A DNA stretch of 32,000 bases from Nitrosococcus oceani ATCC 19707 (GCF_000012805.1 NC_007484.1:3060001-3092000), one strand, 5' to 3'. Shown: positions 1 through 8,576, counted from the first letter of the stretch. Notes: a model not told the origin generated them from the sequence alone. A program made the numbers and translations.

Positions 1-59
1 CTCTTTAACGATTTCTTCGGCACTTTTCACATCTGGTATTAGAAAATAAAGTCTTCTCA
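1..59. repeat. Copy 1 of a 59-bp perfect direct repeat (identical to 788..846)
   Basis: Base-by-base comparison: ctctttaacgatttcttcggcacttttcacatctggtattagaaaataaagtcttctca occurs at 1..59 and at 788..846. The next base differs (t at 60, c at 847). Confidence 0.95.
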
Positions 60-60
60 T
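1..60 (-). CDS. 5' end (first 20 codons) of a paralogue of the 338..847 glycine-zipper membrane protein; partial, continues off the left edge
   Basis: The reverse complement of 1..60 reads ATG AGA AGA CTT TAT TTT ... = MRRLYFLIPDVKSAEEIVKE, identical to the N-terminus of the 338..847 product. A GGGAGAAG Shine-Dalgarno-like stretch lies just upstream (complement of about 64-72). Confidence 0.6.
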   Translation of the reverse strand, partial: MRRLYFLIPDVKSAEEIVKE

Positions 61-337
61 GTTCTTCTCCCTTCTTGCTACATCCGCAATCAGTAGATGA
101 AGTAATTGCTTTGCTTTAAATTGATATGGTAAAAATCACTCTTAATTCCAAGCCTTATTTTCAGCTCCACCCAATTATCAGCACTTTCTAAAATCTCACT
201 GAGTTTTATCTCATAAGTAAAATAGAGACTTTATATTTATTTCAGAAATTAGAGTATTCGTGTAGAAATACGTTCCCAACGTCGCGCTTATCCCTTCCAG
301 CAGGCAATGCAATTTTCCAAAGTACAAAATTTCTCCT

Positions 338-847
338 CTAGGGGAATGGCGGAATGGTAGGCTCGGTTCCGCTAATTTCTGCTTCGGGATGGTGCTTTTT
401 CACCAACTCATCAATCTCATCGACTCGGTCTTTAGGAACATCCACCATCATCAGAAGCTCTCCCCCTTTGATGGCTTCTTCAAACTGCTCAATCTGCGAA
501 TTGGTCCCACCCACGCCAATCATGGACGAAGCCCAACCCCCAATACCCGCACCCGCAAGGGCGGTAGCCAAGATAGCACCTCCCCCCAGTACCACGCCTG
601 CTGGCGGAAAAGTAACCGCCGCTATTCCCGCCAAGGCGCCGGTAGCGCCTCCTACCGCAACCCCCCGTTCAAGGGATGGAATAAAATCGCTTCTTTGTGC
701 CAATCCCGCCTCTGGCAGATCCCCCATGGGCGTTCCTTCCTTAGCCACAATATAGATATGCCGCGCTTCCACCCGAGCCAATAACAGCTCTTTAACGATT
801 TCTTCGGCACTTTTCACATCTGGTATTAGAAAATAAAGTCTTCTCAC
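338..847 (-). CDS. Glycine-zipper membrane protein with flanking alpha/beta modules (DUF1269 / YflT general-stress-like architecture)
   Basis: 169-aa ORF with a GTG start (complement of 845-847). The central G/A-rich hydrophobic stretch (GVAVGGATGALAGIAAVTFPPAGVVLGGGAILATALAGAGIGGW) is typical of glycine-zipper TM segments. It is flanked by charged soluble segments (DVKSAEEIVKELL..., IEQFEEAIKGGELLMMVDVPKDRVDEIDELVKKHHPE). Confidence 0.75.
   Translation of the reverse strand: MRRLYFLIPDVKSAEEIVKELLLARVEARHIYIVAKEGTPMGDLPEAGLAQRSDFIPSLERGVAVGGATGALAGIAAVTFPPAGVVLGGGAILATALAGAGIGGWASSMIGVGGTNSQIEQFEEAIKGGELLMMVDVPKDRVDEIDELVKKHHPEAEISGTEPTIPPFP
788..846. repeat. Copy 2 of the 59-bp perfect direct repeat (identical to 1..59)
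   Basis: Same as above; the offset between copies is 787 bp. Confidence 0.95.
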
Positions 848-1016
848 CTTTAGTTTCCTCTCTATCTTGTCTTCGTTACAAAAAATCTGATAACAGCTTT
901 TTGGGAATTTGGCTCATTAGTCATACTGTATGCCCTTGTTCTCTTCCTTCTAAAGCAAACTTAGACTAATATCTGTCCTCTTTCCAATAGAAAGAACTCA
1001 TTTTTATGTTAATGCC

Positions 1017-1910
1017 TTGTTTAGAGTACAATATCTAGACTCAGCCTATCAGCCTCAGCCCTCTATGAAGCTTAGCGTTAAAGAATTTAAAGCTTGGAAA
1101 AACAGACGCATTACCCTCCTAGGGATGTCCGGTGTAGGTAAAACGCGTCTGGCTTATATGCTACGCAAACATCATTGGTTTCACTATTCTGGAGATTACC
1201 GGGTAGGAACCCGCTATTTGGATGAGGCCATCCTGGACAACATTAAGCAGAAGGTCATGGGGATTCCCTTTCTCAGGGATTTGCTCTATTCCGACTCCAT
1301 CTACATTCGCAATAATATTAATGTTGATAACCTAAAGCCCGTGTCCAGTTTCCTGGGTAAGCTCGGTAATCCTGAACAGGGAGGACTAGGCTTAACAGAA
1401 TTCAAGCGCCGCCAGGAATTGCACCGGCAAGCGGAAATTGCAGCGATGAAAGATGTGCCGGTGTTTATTCGCAGGGCGCAACAAATCTATGATTACCCAC
1501 ATTTTGTCAACGATGCGGGCGGAAGTATTTCTGAGCTAGACGACCCAGAGGTGCTTCAAACCCTAGATCAACACACCCTCATCCTCTATATCAAGGCTAC
1601 ACAGAGAGATGAACGGAAACTTATCCAGCGAGCGGAAGAAGAGCCAAAACCCCTCTATTACCGTGAATCTTTCCTGGATGAACAGCTTGCCATCTATAGG
1701 GAAAAACACGACTTACCCTATGTGGCTTTGATTGAACCGGATGAGTTCGTCCGGTGGATATTCCCCCGTCTCTTTTACTCTCGGCTCCCCCGCTACCAGG
1801 CGATAGCCGATGAGTATGGGTACACAGTGTCCACCGATCAACTCGCTCAAGTTAATGACGAAACAGGTTTTCTGGAGTTACTGGAAACTGTAGTAGCAAA
1901 ACAACCTTAA
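1017..1910 (+). CDS. P-loop NTPase of unknown function (shikimate-kinase-like / small-kinase-like Walker A)
   Basis: 297-aa ORF with Walker A motif GMSGVGKT. The track start at 1017 is TTG; the ATG at 1065 (MKLSVKEF...) is an alternative start. It ends 38 nt before metA on the same strand. Confidence 0.75.
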   Translation: MFRVQYLDSAYQPQPSMKLSVKEFKAWKNRRITLLGMSGVGKTRLAYMLRKHHWFHYSGDYRVGTRYLDEAILDNIKQKVMGIPFLRDLLYSDSIYIRNNINVDNLKPVSSFLGKLGNPEQGGLGLTEFKRRQELHRQAEIAAMKDVPVFIRRAQQIYDYPHFVNDAGGSISELDDPEVLQTLDQHTLILYIKATQRDERKLIQRAEEEPKPLYYRESFLDEQLAIYREKHDLPYVALIEPDEFVRWIFPRLFYSRLPRYQAIADEYGYTVSTDQLAQVNDETGFLELLETVVAKQP

Positions 1911-1948
1911 AATTTTAATCATCACCTCAAAACACGGATAGATGATCC

Positions 1949-3025
1949 ATGCCTTTGGTTGCTAATTCTGATTTACCTGCTTTTGAACGGCTCAGGGAAG
2001 AGGGTGAAACCGTCATCCCAAGGGATGTGGCGCTCCACCAGGATATTCGCGAGATGCATATTGGCCTGCTTAATATGATGCCTGATGCTGCCCTGGCCGC
2101 AACCGAACGTCAGTTCTTTCGCCTCATTGGGGAGAGCAACCAAATTGCTCAATTTTACATCCACCCCTTTACTCTGAAGGAGATCCAGCGGAGCCTGGAA
2201 GCCAACCACTATGTAGAACGCTACTACCAAACCTTTGAACAGATTCAGGCAGAAGGGCTCGACGCCCTGATCATTACGGGTGCCAACGTCACGCAACCCC
2301 AGCTCTCCCTAGAGCCTTTCTGGAAACCGCTCATTAAAGTCATTAGCTGGGCCTACGAGAACGTGACCTCTACCCTCTGTTCCTGTCTCGCTACCCATGC
2401 TGTTCTTGATTTCCGCTACGGCCAAAAACGACGGCGATTATCCTCCAAACGGTGGGGAGTATATTCCCATCGGGTAGTCAACCGTTCCCATCCCCTGGTA
2501 CGGGGAGTGAATACCCGCTTTGATGTTCCCCACTCCCGTTTCAACGAAATCAGCCGCGACCAGTTTGAAGCAGCAGGGCTTCATGTCCTAGCGGAAAGTG
2601 AAAAGGGCGGAGCCCACTTAGCCGTAAGCGAGGATCTGTTTCGAATCGTGTTCTGCCAAGGACACCCGGAATATGACAGTATCAGCCTGCTAAAAGAATA
2701 CAAGCGGGAAATCCTACGCTTTGCCTCTGGACAACGGGATAACTACCCCCCCTTTCCAGAGAATTACTTTTCCCCGAAAATCCAGGCTATATTAGAAGAG
2801 TACCAAGAACAGATAATCATAGCTCGGGACAAGGATCTCCCTCTCCCCCAATTGCCAGAACCTCTGATTGTGGATTATCTGGACAATACCTGGCATGACA
2901 CCGCTGAAGCTATCATTAACAACTGGATGGGCAACGTCTATCAAATTACCCATAGTGACCGCAAGCGGCCCTTTATGGAAGATATCGCTCCAGACGATCC
3001 ATTAGGATTGCGGCGGCCCACTTAA
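1949..3025 (+). CDS. metA: Homoserine O-acyltransferase, MetA (HTS) family; succinyl versus acetyl specificity not assignable from sequence alone
   Basis: Collinear with E. coli MetA: IGLLNMMP (E. coli ILNLMP), TSTLCSCLA (catalytic Cys region, E. coli TSTLFVCWA), PHSRF, GHPEYD. At 358 aa it is about 50 aa longer than E. coli MetA at the C-terminus. Confidence 0.9.
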   Translation: MPLVANSDLPAFERLREEGETVIPRDVALHQDIREMHIGLLNMMPDAALAATERQFFRLIGESNQIAQFYIHPFTLKEIQRSLEANHYVERYYQTFEQIQAEGLDALIITGANVTQPQLSLEPFWKPLIKVISWAYENVTSTLCSCLATHAVLDFRYGQKRRRLSSKRWGVYSHRVVNRSHPLVRGVNTRFDVPHSRFNEISRDQFEAAGLHVLAESEKGGAHLAVSEDLFRIVFCQGHPEYDSISLLKEYKREILRFASGQRDNYPPFPENYFSPKIQAILEEYQEQIIIARDKDLPLPQLPEPLIVDYLDNTWHDTAEAIINNWMGNVYQITHSDRKRPFMEDIAPDDPLGLRRPT

Positions 3026-3168
3026 AGCAAGATAAGGGTATTTTATCTGCAATAGTCGCCAGCCAGCACCAAAATGGTACCTTTCTACGCGATGGGAGAT
3101 TGCTACGGAACGTTCCGTCTTAAAGCGTCGGCTTAATCCTCTGAGGAAGGTTCGAGAAAAAACAGGCT

Positions 3169-4119
3169 TTATTGGCTTCCTCGCCGATTCAGCCAAACGA
3201 CCAATCCCTGGGCGTTCAAGCTGATATCCATTCCCAGTAGAGTGTCGCGCCGGCGGTCATCCTGGGGGAAGCCGTGGGCATCCAAGCGAGTCCATAGGTA
3301 AGCGCGCAGCCTCCGCTTAATGGCCCCTAACCGATCTTCCTCTCCTTCACAATCCTTCGCCAAAGCAACAAAAGCATCGAGATCCCGATGTAAATCTTTA
3401 GCAAGCCTCTTAAGATCGGTAACCCGGCTGTAATGAGTCAAGTAAATCCCTTCTGGCTCATATCCCATGAGACGTTCGATAGAGGCATGGGCTGCGTCCG
3501 GGTCAAAATGAACGGGCGTGGTGGCGGGAAAAATAAATTCCCCCGCCAGGGTATCAAAATCCCGGTAGGAAATACCAAAGGTATCGCCAGCAAATATGCC
3601 CCGGCTGTCCCGGTCAATAATACAATAATGGTGCAAGGCATGCCCCGGGGTATGAATAAACTTCAAACGACTTCCACCCAGCTCCAGCCACGCCTCATCC
3701 TCTATGGTAATAATACGGTCTGCCGGTATAGGAACTACCTCTCCATACAAACGCCTGAATATTTTGTCCCCATATACGGCTTTCGTTCCCGCAACGAGCT
3801 TCTCGGGATCGATAAGATGGGATGCCCCTCGTGGATGCACCACCACTTGTGCGTGGGGAAGCCGCCGCACTAACTCGCCCGCGCCGCCAGCGTGATCCAA
3901 GTGGATATGAGTAAGTAATATGTAATCTATCTGTTGGGGGGTAATTTTCAGTGTTACCAGTGCGTCCATGAGCCGGGATACGGAAGGCGTGGGTCCGGTA
4001 TCTATAAAAGCAGCCCGTCCCTGGCGAAGAACGAGGTGGCTAGCATCCATTTCAGGACGCACAAAACCCGTATCAATGGCGGTAATACCGCTAGGAAAGG
4101 AAATAATATTCTCCTTCAC
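3169..4119 (-). CDS. MBL-fold metallo-hydrolase
   Basis: 316-aa ORF with HxHxDH motif (THIHLDHAGG), downstream TPGH and a further Asp/His; GTG start. Confidence 0.9.
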   Translation of the reverse strand: MKENIISFPSGITAIDTGFVRPEMDASHLVLRQGRAAFIDTGPTPSVSRLMDALVTLKITPQQIDYILLTHIHLDHAGGAGELVRRLPHAQVVVHPRGASHLIDPEKLVAGTKAVYGDKIFRRLYGEVVPIPADRIITIEDEAWLELGGSRLKFIHTPGHALHHYCIIDRDSRGIFAGDTFGISYRDFDTLAGEFIFPATTPVHFDPDAAHASIERLMGYEPEGIYLTHYSRVTDLKRLAKDLHRDLDAFVALAKDCEGEEDRLGAIKRRLRAYLWTRLDAHGFPQDDRRRDTLLGMDISLNAQGLVVWLNRRGSQ

Positions 4120-4176
4120 GGGGCTATCTCAGGGAGAGAAATAATGGCAATTGTTCTCGCCAACCTCTTACCCTTT

Positions 4177-4902
4177 TTAGTGCCCTGAGGCCAATTGCCA
4201 TTCGTGGGTAAGCTTTATAGCCTCTGCCATTTGCGAGGTATTCATATCCTTAGCAAGGGTATCTCTGATCTTCTCTGCATTTTTATCTCCTTGTTTCGCT
4301 GCTACATTGAACCAGAAATAGGCTTGTACATAATCCTTTGCTATTCCCTGACCTTCGCTATACATCACGCCCAGATTATTCTGCGCCTCCACAATTCCCT
4401 GATTAGCTGCATCCCGGTACCATTTGAGCGCCTCTTCTCTGTCCTGGGGAACGCCATACCCGTTATCATAGATAAAACCCAAATTAAACTGGGCTTCGGC
4501 ATCTCCCTCTGCCGCCGCCTTTTTAAACCAAGCAATAGCTTTTTCAACGTTTTTTGGTACCGATTTGCCTTGATAGTACATGATGCCCAGATTGAATTTG
4601 GCACTCACATCAAGATGCTCACTAAACTTCTCAAACCATTTGTCAGCCTCTTCCGGGTCCTTGGGCAAACCATATCCATTGGCGTACATCAAACCCATAT
4701 AAAACTGCGCATTTTCATCGCCTTGTTCAGCAAGGGGCATAAATTCCTTAAGCGCGAGCTCATAATCTTGGCTCTTATAGGCTTCCCTTCCAGCATCAAC
4801 ATCCGCTTGGGCGACTTGTAAGAAGCCCAAAAACAATATCGCTCCCAGGAATGACCATACGCCAGTTTCATTTCGATAATGAGTTCTAGGGTTTTTATCC
4901 AT
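4177..4902 (-). CDS. Secreted Sel1-like (SLR/TPR) repeat protein
   Basis: 241-aa ORF. It has an N-terminal hydrophobic signal-like segment (VWSFLGAILFLGFLQVAQA) and at least 4 Sel1 repeats (AQFYMGLMYANGYGLPKD..A.KWF, AKFNLGIMYYQGKSVPKN, AQFNLGFIYDNGYGVPQD, AQNNLGVMYSEGQGIAKD). ATG start with GGAG about 11 nt upstream. It lies 57 bp upstream of the MBL gene on the same strand. Confidence 0.9.
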   Translation of the reverse strand: MDKNPRTHYRNETGVWSFLGAILFLGFLQVAQADVDAGREAYKSQDYELALKEFMPLAEQGDENAQFYMGLMYANGYGLPKDPEEADKWFEKFSEHLDVSAKFNLGIMYYQGKSVPKNVEKAIAWFKKAAAEGDAEAQFNLGFIYDNGYGVPQDREEALKWYRDAANQGIVEAQNNLGVMYSEGQGIAKDYVQAYFWFNVAAKQGDKNAEKIRDTLAKDMNTSQMAEAIKLTHEWQLASGH

Positions 4903-5691
4903 GAATGGTTACTCCGTTCATAACCGTTATTAGAGATCAATGATGGTAATACTTAGCAAGCAATTTATCATTAGGAAAACAACCAATGAGAGCATTGTTC
5001 AACCACTGAGTTCCGTTGAATTTTCAAATTTTTGCTCAAAGCCGTCACGCCTAACCTGATAGAGATTTGCGGTGATAAGCTTGCTTCAGGCCACGGTGAT
5101 ACCCACACTACTCCCTTAAATTCATCTTTCAAGTTAGAGATCAAGCTAAAACTATACTAGCGAGGATAGATTCGGCAAATTTTTATTGGCTGCTAACAAG
5201 TTTGCTAAAAATTATCCGGAATAGGCGTACCTATTACTGAGAGGAGATCCAAGACGAATATGAGGGAAATACGCTGGTATGCACTACCTCGAGGCGGGCC
5301 ATAAAAATACGCCTGTTGCGTCCGATTCTGAACTACAAGCAGGTAATTGAGGAGACGATATTATCTATTTAATTTCGTATGAGGAAAAATCTTAAAGTAT
5401 CAGCGCCGGATTGCCAAATCAAAATTGCAAGAACTAAGCGCCAGACAGGTCGCGACCGCCAAATAACTTAAGGCGGATTATACCAAAGTTCGCTGTAGCT
5501 TTAGGCTCGCGGGAAACCGCATACTCTCCTTTCCCGCACGTGGACCCTCAAATGAAAGCAGAAAAAAGAGGAAGTACCAGCAGAGTTCGCCAATTTTATG
5601 GAAAGTGAAAGGGAAAAATTTGCCAATAACAAGAATTACTTTTACTTTCTATAAATCCGCCTGTAAAGGCATTACTATTGGCCTATCCTCT

Positions 5692-5907
5692 TCAAGCATA
5701 GCCCAGCATCAATGCGCCCAAATATACCGTACTTGCTATTGTCAGCGTGCCCCCCATAAATATGATCCAAGGTATCCGGGTACGAAGTCCGAAGAAGCAG
5801 ATTCCAATCCCCACCACCAGCGCATACACGGCCATTCCTATTATGACCCCTTCATCACCCGCCGGGGCACCTATATCTCCGGTTATAGCATCTTCTCGAT
5901 AACGCAT
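5692..5907 (-). CDS. Small two-TM membrane protein (about 71 aa), unknown function
   Basis: The track ORF 5692..5922 has two hydrophobic helices (VIIGMAVYALVVGIGICFFGL; WIIFMGGTLTIASTVYLGALMLG). The internal ATG at 5907 is preceded by GGAGGAG, which is the first codons of the longer ORF, so it is the more plausible start. The overlapping + strand ORF looks non-protein-like. Confidence 0.5.
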   Translation of the reverse strand: MRYREDAITGDIGAPAGDEGVIIGMAVYALVVGIGICFFGLRTRIPWIIFMGGTLTIASTVYLGALMLGYA

Positions 5908-6041
5908 GAAACGCTCCTCCATGTTACTTTAAAAAGGTAAAACCTGATATTTTTATACATCTTTACCGCATCGTAACCAATTCGGATATTCAATTCAATA
6001 ATATTATGACATCTGATAATAATTTGCCGTGAAAAAAGCGG

Positions 6042-8291
6042 CTAATGCTCCCTTAACCGTTCAGCCTCACGGCGCACAGCCTCACTGCCAAAGTGCAAAA
6101 CCAGGGGGCGCAGGGCCTGGCGCAGGGCTTCAATCACCTGGACCCGGCCTGAAAGTTCTAGGACCGCGGCGGCCTCTCGCCAACTCCTTTTCTGCAATAC
6201 CTTGACGATTAACGCATTCCTCTCCATTTCCCTCAAAAGTGCTTCGCTCTCAGGCACCGGGAGCGCCCCGCAAGCCAGCTTCCAAATAGGCGCAATACAC
6301 ACCTCGTACATACGCCTGCCAAAGGCAAAAGCCAGCACATCACACCAGTCCTGGCGATCCAAGGACAGTGGGCTGGCCTGACCCCCGCAGCGCAGAAAGC
6401 AAGCTGCAAGAGGGGGCTCTAGCTCCCGGAGCGGATCTGATAGCTGGTGAGGTAGATGTGCCTGGAAGCGATGACGGGCTACTTTCACTAGCGCCTGACC
6501 CGAATTTGACAGTGGATAAAGAACAAGAGCGGAGTGGGCACCACTCGTGGCACCCCGTTTCACACTGAGGCGCACCGGCAGAAAATCTAGCCGTTCCCAA
6601 AAACGCAGCAGCTCCTCGGTAGCGCCAAAACTACTTCCTAAATAATCGAGATTTTCCGCGCTTAATGCCTTGATCAGTATCCCCACCAATTGGCTCCCAA
6701 GGCCCTGGTTTTGCACAGTGGGATGGACGGCAATACGCATTATCCGGGCGCACCGCAGCCTGGGCGCCTGTGCCAATCCCAAATGGGCCGCCAAGGATTC
6801 CGGAAGTAAATGCCCATGGGGGCGGATACACCCTTCCCATATTCCTCTCGCTGTCTCCTCATCAAATCCTCCCTCCAAAGCCAGCAAGGCCGTAGCTACT
6901 ACATGTCCCCGATAGCGCATTACATACACCAGCAAATTAGGGCCATCAAGCAAATGGCGAAGGTCGTAAGGCCGGGTCTGATAATGGGCCAGCACCAGTA
7001 AACCGAAGAGTTCGGAAAGGGTAGCCTCATCCTTTACCAGAACTTCCCGGTCCAGCTGTTCCACCAAAGTGTTTTCAGGACGCGCTAGCGCAACCGCCGA
7101 AGCGGGTGCAGCCTTGGCATTTAGCAGCAGCGCTTGAAAGGCGAAATGCTCCAAGGGATCGCCGCTTCTCCAACGGATGGGCGTCTCTAACCGCAGTGCC
7201 TTCCATCCCCGGGTCCGTTCATCCAACACCTTGTGAAAGCGAAGGGCAAACCCCCGCCCGGTCCCTTCATAACCATGAATGGTGGTGGCAAACGCAATAC
7301 GTGGGTAACGCTGGAGCAGCTGTTCCAGCAAAGGGGTAGGAAGAGCGGCCGCCTCATCCACAAGCAGTAGGTCCGCGGGCTGGAGAGTACGAATAAGTGC
7401 ATCGGGGGCGGCAAATTCCAGGCGTGCCCCATGGAGAGTAAGCACCGTTCTGGAAACGCTGGCTTGGGGCAATAGACGTTGGGCATGCCGGAACAGGGGC
7501 ACTACCGTATCCAACCGCGGTCCCGTCACGATGATGCGCTTGAGTCCCCGCTGCAATAACCGCGCTGCTCCGATTCCCAAGGCCGCCGACTTGCCTCGAC
7601 CACGATCCGAGGTTAGCACCACGGGCCGCCGCCGTTGTCCCGTCACAACTTTTACAATAGCCTCCACTGCTCGGCGCTGATCCGCTGTACGGCATTCCCC
7701 ATCCTCTTCTTTATCAGCAAGAGGGCTATCGCTGATTCTGATATTAGCTGAAGTGACTTGCTGGACTCTAGGGAACCCTTTTTCTTGCTCTATGAATACC
7801 ATCCCTTCTGCTCCACGGATGAGCCGTACCAAGCGTTCAATAAAACGACCGGTAACATCGGTAATTCGATAGGGAAACGTCACAATACGGGCATGCTCAG
7901 GATCAGGGAAGCTTGGCCACGACTCTAGGGGCGGGGTAAGCAACAGCAGGAGCCCGCCGCCCCGGATAGCGCCAGTAATAATTCCGAAGGCATCTAAATC
8001 AAAACCACTGTGGGCATTAAACACCAGGGCATCCACTTCTTGCCCCAGAAATTGATGCGCCTTAGCTGCCTCCAATTTCCATACCTTTTCAGGGGCAGAA
8101 GCAGAAATCCATGGAACCCGCTCCAATGAAGCACCTTCCAGGCTTGCTTGGGCGGCTTGCAGACACCAATTTTGATCCCCTGAAAGCACCAAAGCCCGCC
8201 GCTGGTAACTCGCCTTAGCCGCAGTTACCAAAGCGGCCGTTATTTTTCTGAAATTATCCAAGATTTGAAAAGAGAAATAGACTCTGTACAA
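6042..8291 (-). CDS. tmcA: tRNA(Met) cytidine acetyltransferase TmcA (helicase-like ATPase + GNAT)
   Basis: 749-aa ORF. It shares with E. coli TmcA: RRALVLSGDQNWC (E. coli RRLLVLSGEEGWC), Walker A RGRGKSAALG, Walker B LLLVDEAAALP, TIHGYEGTGRGF, HYQTRPYDLRHLLD, and GNAT motif RIMRIAVHPTVQNQGLGSQL. The track start is TTG, so the exact start is uncertain. Confidence 0.9.
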   Translation of the reverse strand: MYRVYFSFQILDNFRKITAALVTAAKASYQRRALVLSGDQNWCLQAAQASLEGASLERVPWISASAPEKVWKLEAAKAHQFLGQEVDALVFNAHSGFDLDAFGIITGAIRGGGLLLLLTPPLESWPSFPDPEHARIVTFPYRITDVTGRFIERLVRLIRGAEGMVFIEQEKGFPRVQQVTSANIRISDSPLADKEEDGECRTADQRRAVEAIVKVVTGQRRRPVVLTSDRGRGKSAALGIGAARLLQRGLKRIIVTGPRLDTVVPLFRHAQRLLPQASVSRTVLTLHGARLEFAAPDALIRTLQPADLLLVDEAAALPTPLLEQLLQRYPRIAFATTIHGYEGTGRGFALRFHKVLDERTRGWKALRLETPIRWRSGDPLEHFAFQALLLNAKAAPASAVALARPENTLVEQLDREVLVKDEATLSELFGLLVLAHYQTRPYDLRHLLDGPNLLVYVMRYRGHVVATALLALEGGFDEETARGIWEGCIRPHGHLLPESLAAHLGLAQAPRLRCARIMRIAVHPTVQNQGLGSQLVGILIKALSAENLDYLGSSFGATEELLRFWERLDFLPVRLSVKRGATSGAHSALVLYPLSNSGQALVKVARHRFQAHLPHQLSDPLRELEPPLAACFLRCGGQASPLSLDRQDWCDVLAFAFGRRMYEVCIAPIWKLACGALPVPESEALLREMERNALIVKVLQKRSWREAAAVLELSGRVQVIEALRQALRPLVLHFGSEAVRREAERLREH

Positions 8292-8316
8292 CTAGTAACC
8301 AGATGGGATAGGAGCC

Positions 8317-8475
8317 TTACAGCTGAGACGCCTGAGTCACCAAATAAACCACGAATACCACCACAGCAAGCAGGATTCCCCAAGTCAAGGACACAATAAA
8401 CCGGCTCATAGTCTCTAATAAGCGATCTAAGAGGGACTTTTTCTGCTTTCTATTTTCTTCCTTAGGTTTAGTCAT
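8317..8475 (-). CDS. Possible 52-aa tail-anchored small membrane protein (below the ORF-track cutoff)
   Basis: My own translation of the complement gives MTKPKEENRKQKKSLLDRLLETMSRFIVSLTWGILLAVVVFVVYLVTQASQL*. It has a basic N-terminal half and one clear TM helix. It sits in the tmcA/aconitase intergenic region. Support is ORF shape only. Confidence 0.35.
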   Translation of the reverse strand: MTKPKEENRKQKKSLLDRLLETMSRFIVSLTWGILLAVVVFVVYLVTQASQL

Positions 8476-8576
8476 CTCGTTGGGTGATTTTCCTATGCTG
8501 TCTCCAAAACGTGTTTCTATGTCTTCTTATGCTAAGCTTTTTAAGAGGTCAAATAAAATTGAATAGGCCCAACATC

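Noticed and set aside
354-784. Two + strand ORFs (133 and 131 aa) overlapping the 338..847 gene
   Set aside because: They are antisense shadows of the G/A-rich glycine-zipper gene. Their translations are Pro/Ser/Ala low-complexity with no recognisable motifs. The minus-strand product has a coherent domain layout and a paralogue.
4195-4821. 208-aa + strand ORF opposite the Sel1-repeat gene
   Set aside because: The minus-strand product shows regular Sel1 repeats and a signal peptide. The + strand translation is Ile/Leu/Phe-rich with no motif and is a typical antisense shadow ORF.
5605-5940. 111-aa + strand ORF overlapping the small membrane-protein gene
   Set aside because: The translation (…SSSSIAQHQCAQIYRTCYCQRAPHKYDPRYPG…) is not protein-like. 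The minus-strand ORF has two clean TM helices and an internal ATG preceded by GGAGGAG.
8484-8576. 31-codon N-terminal extension of the aconitase ORF (MIFLCCLQNVFLCLLMLSFLRGQIKLNRPNI)
   Set aside because: It is Cys/Leu-rich with no counterpart in aconitases. The conserved enzyme starts at MAQNVTQKLI (ATG 8577), so the extension is probably 5' UTR read in frame.
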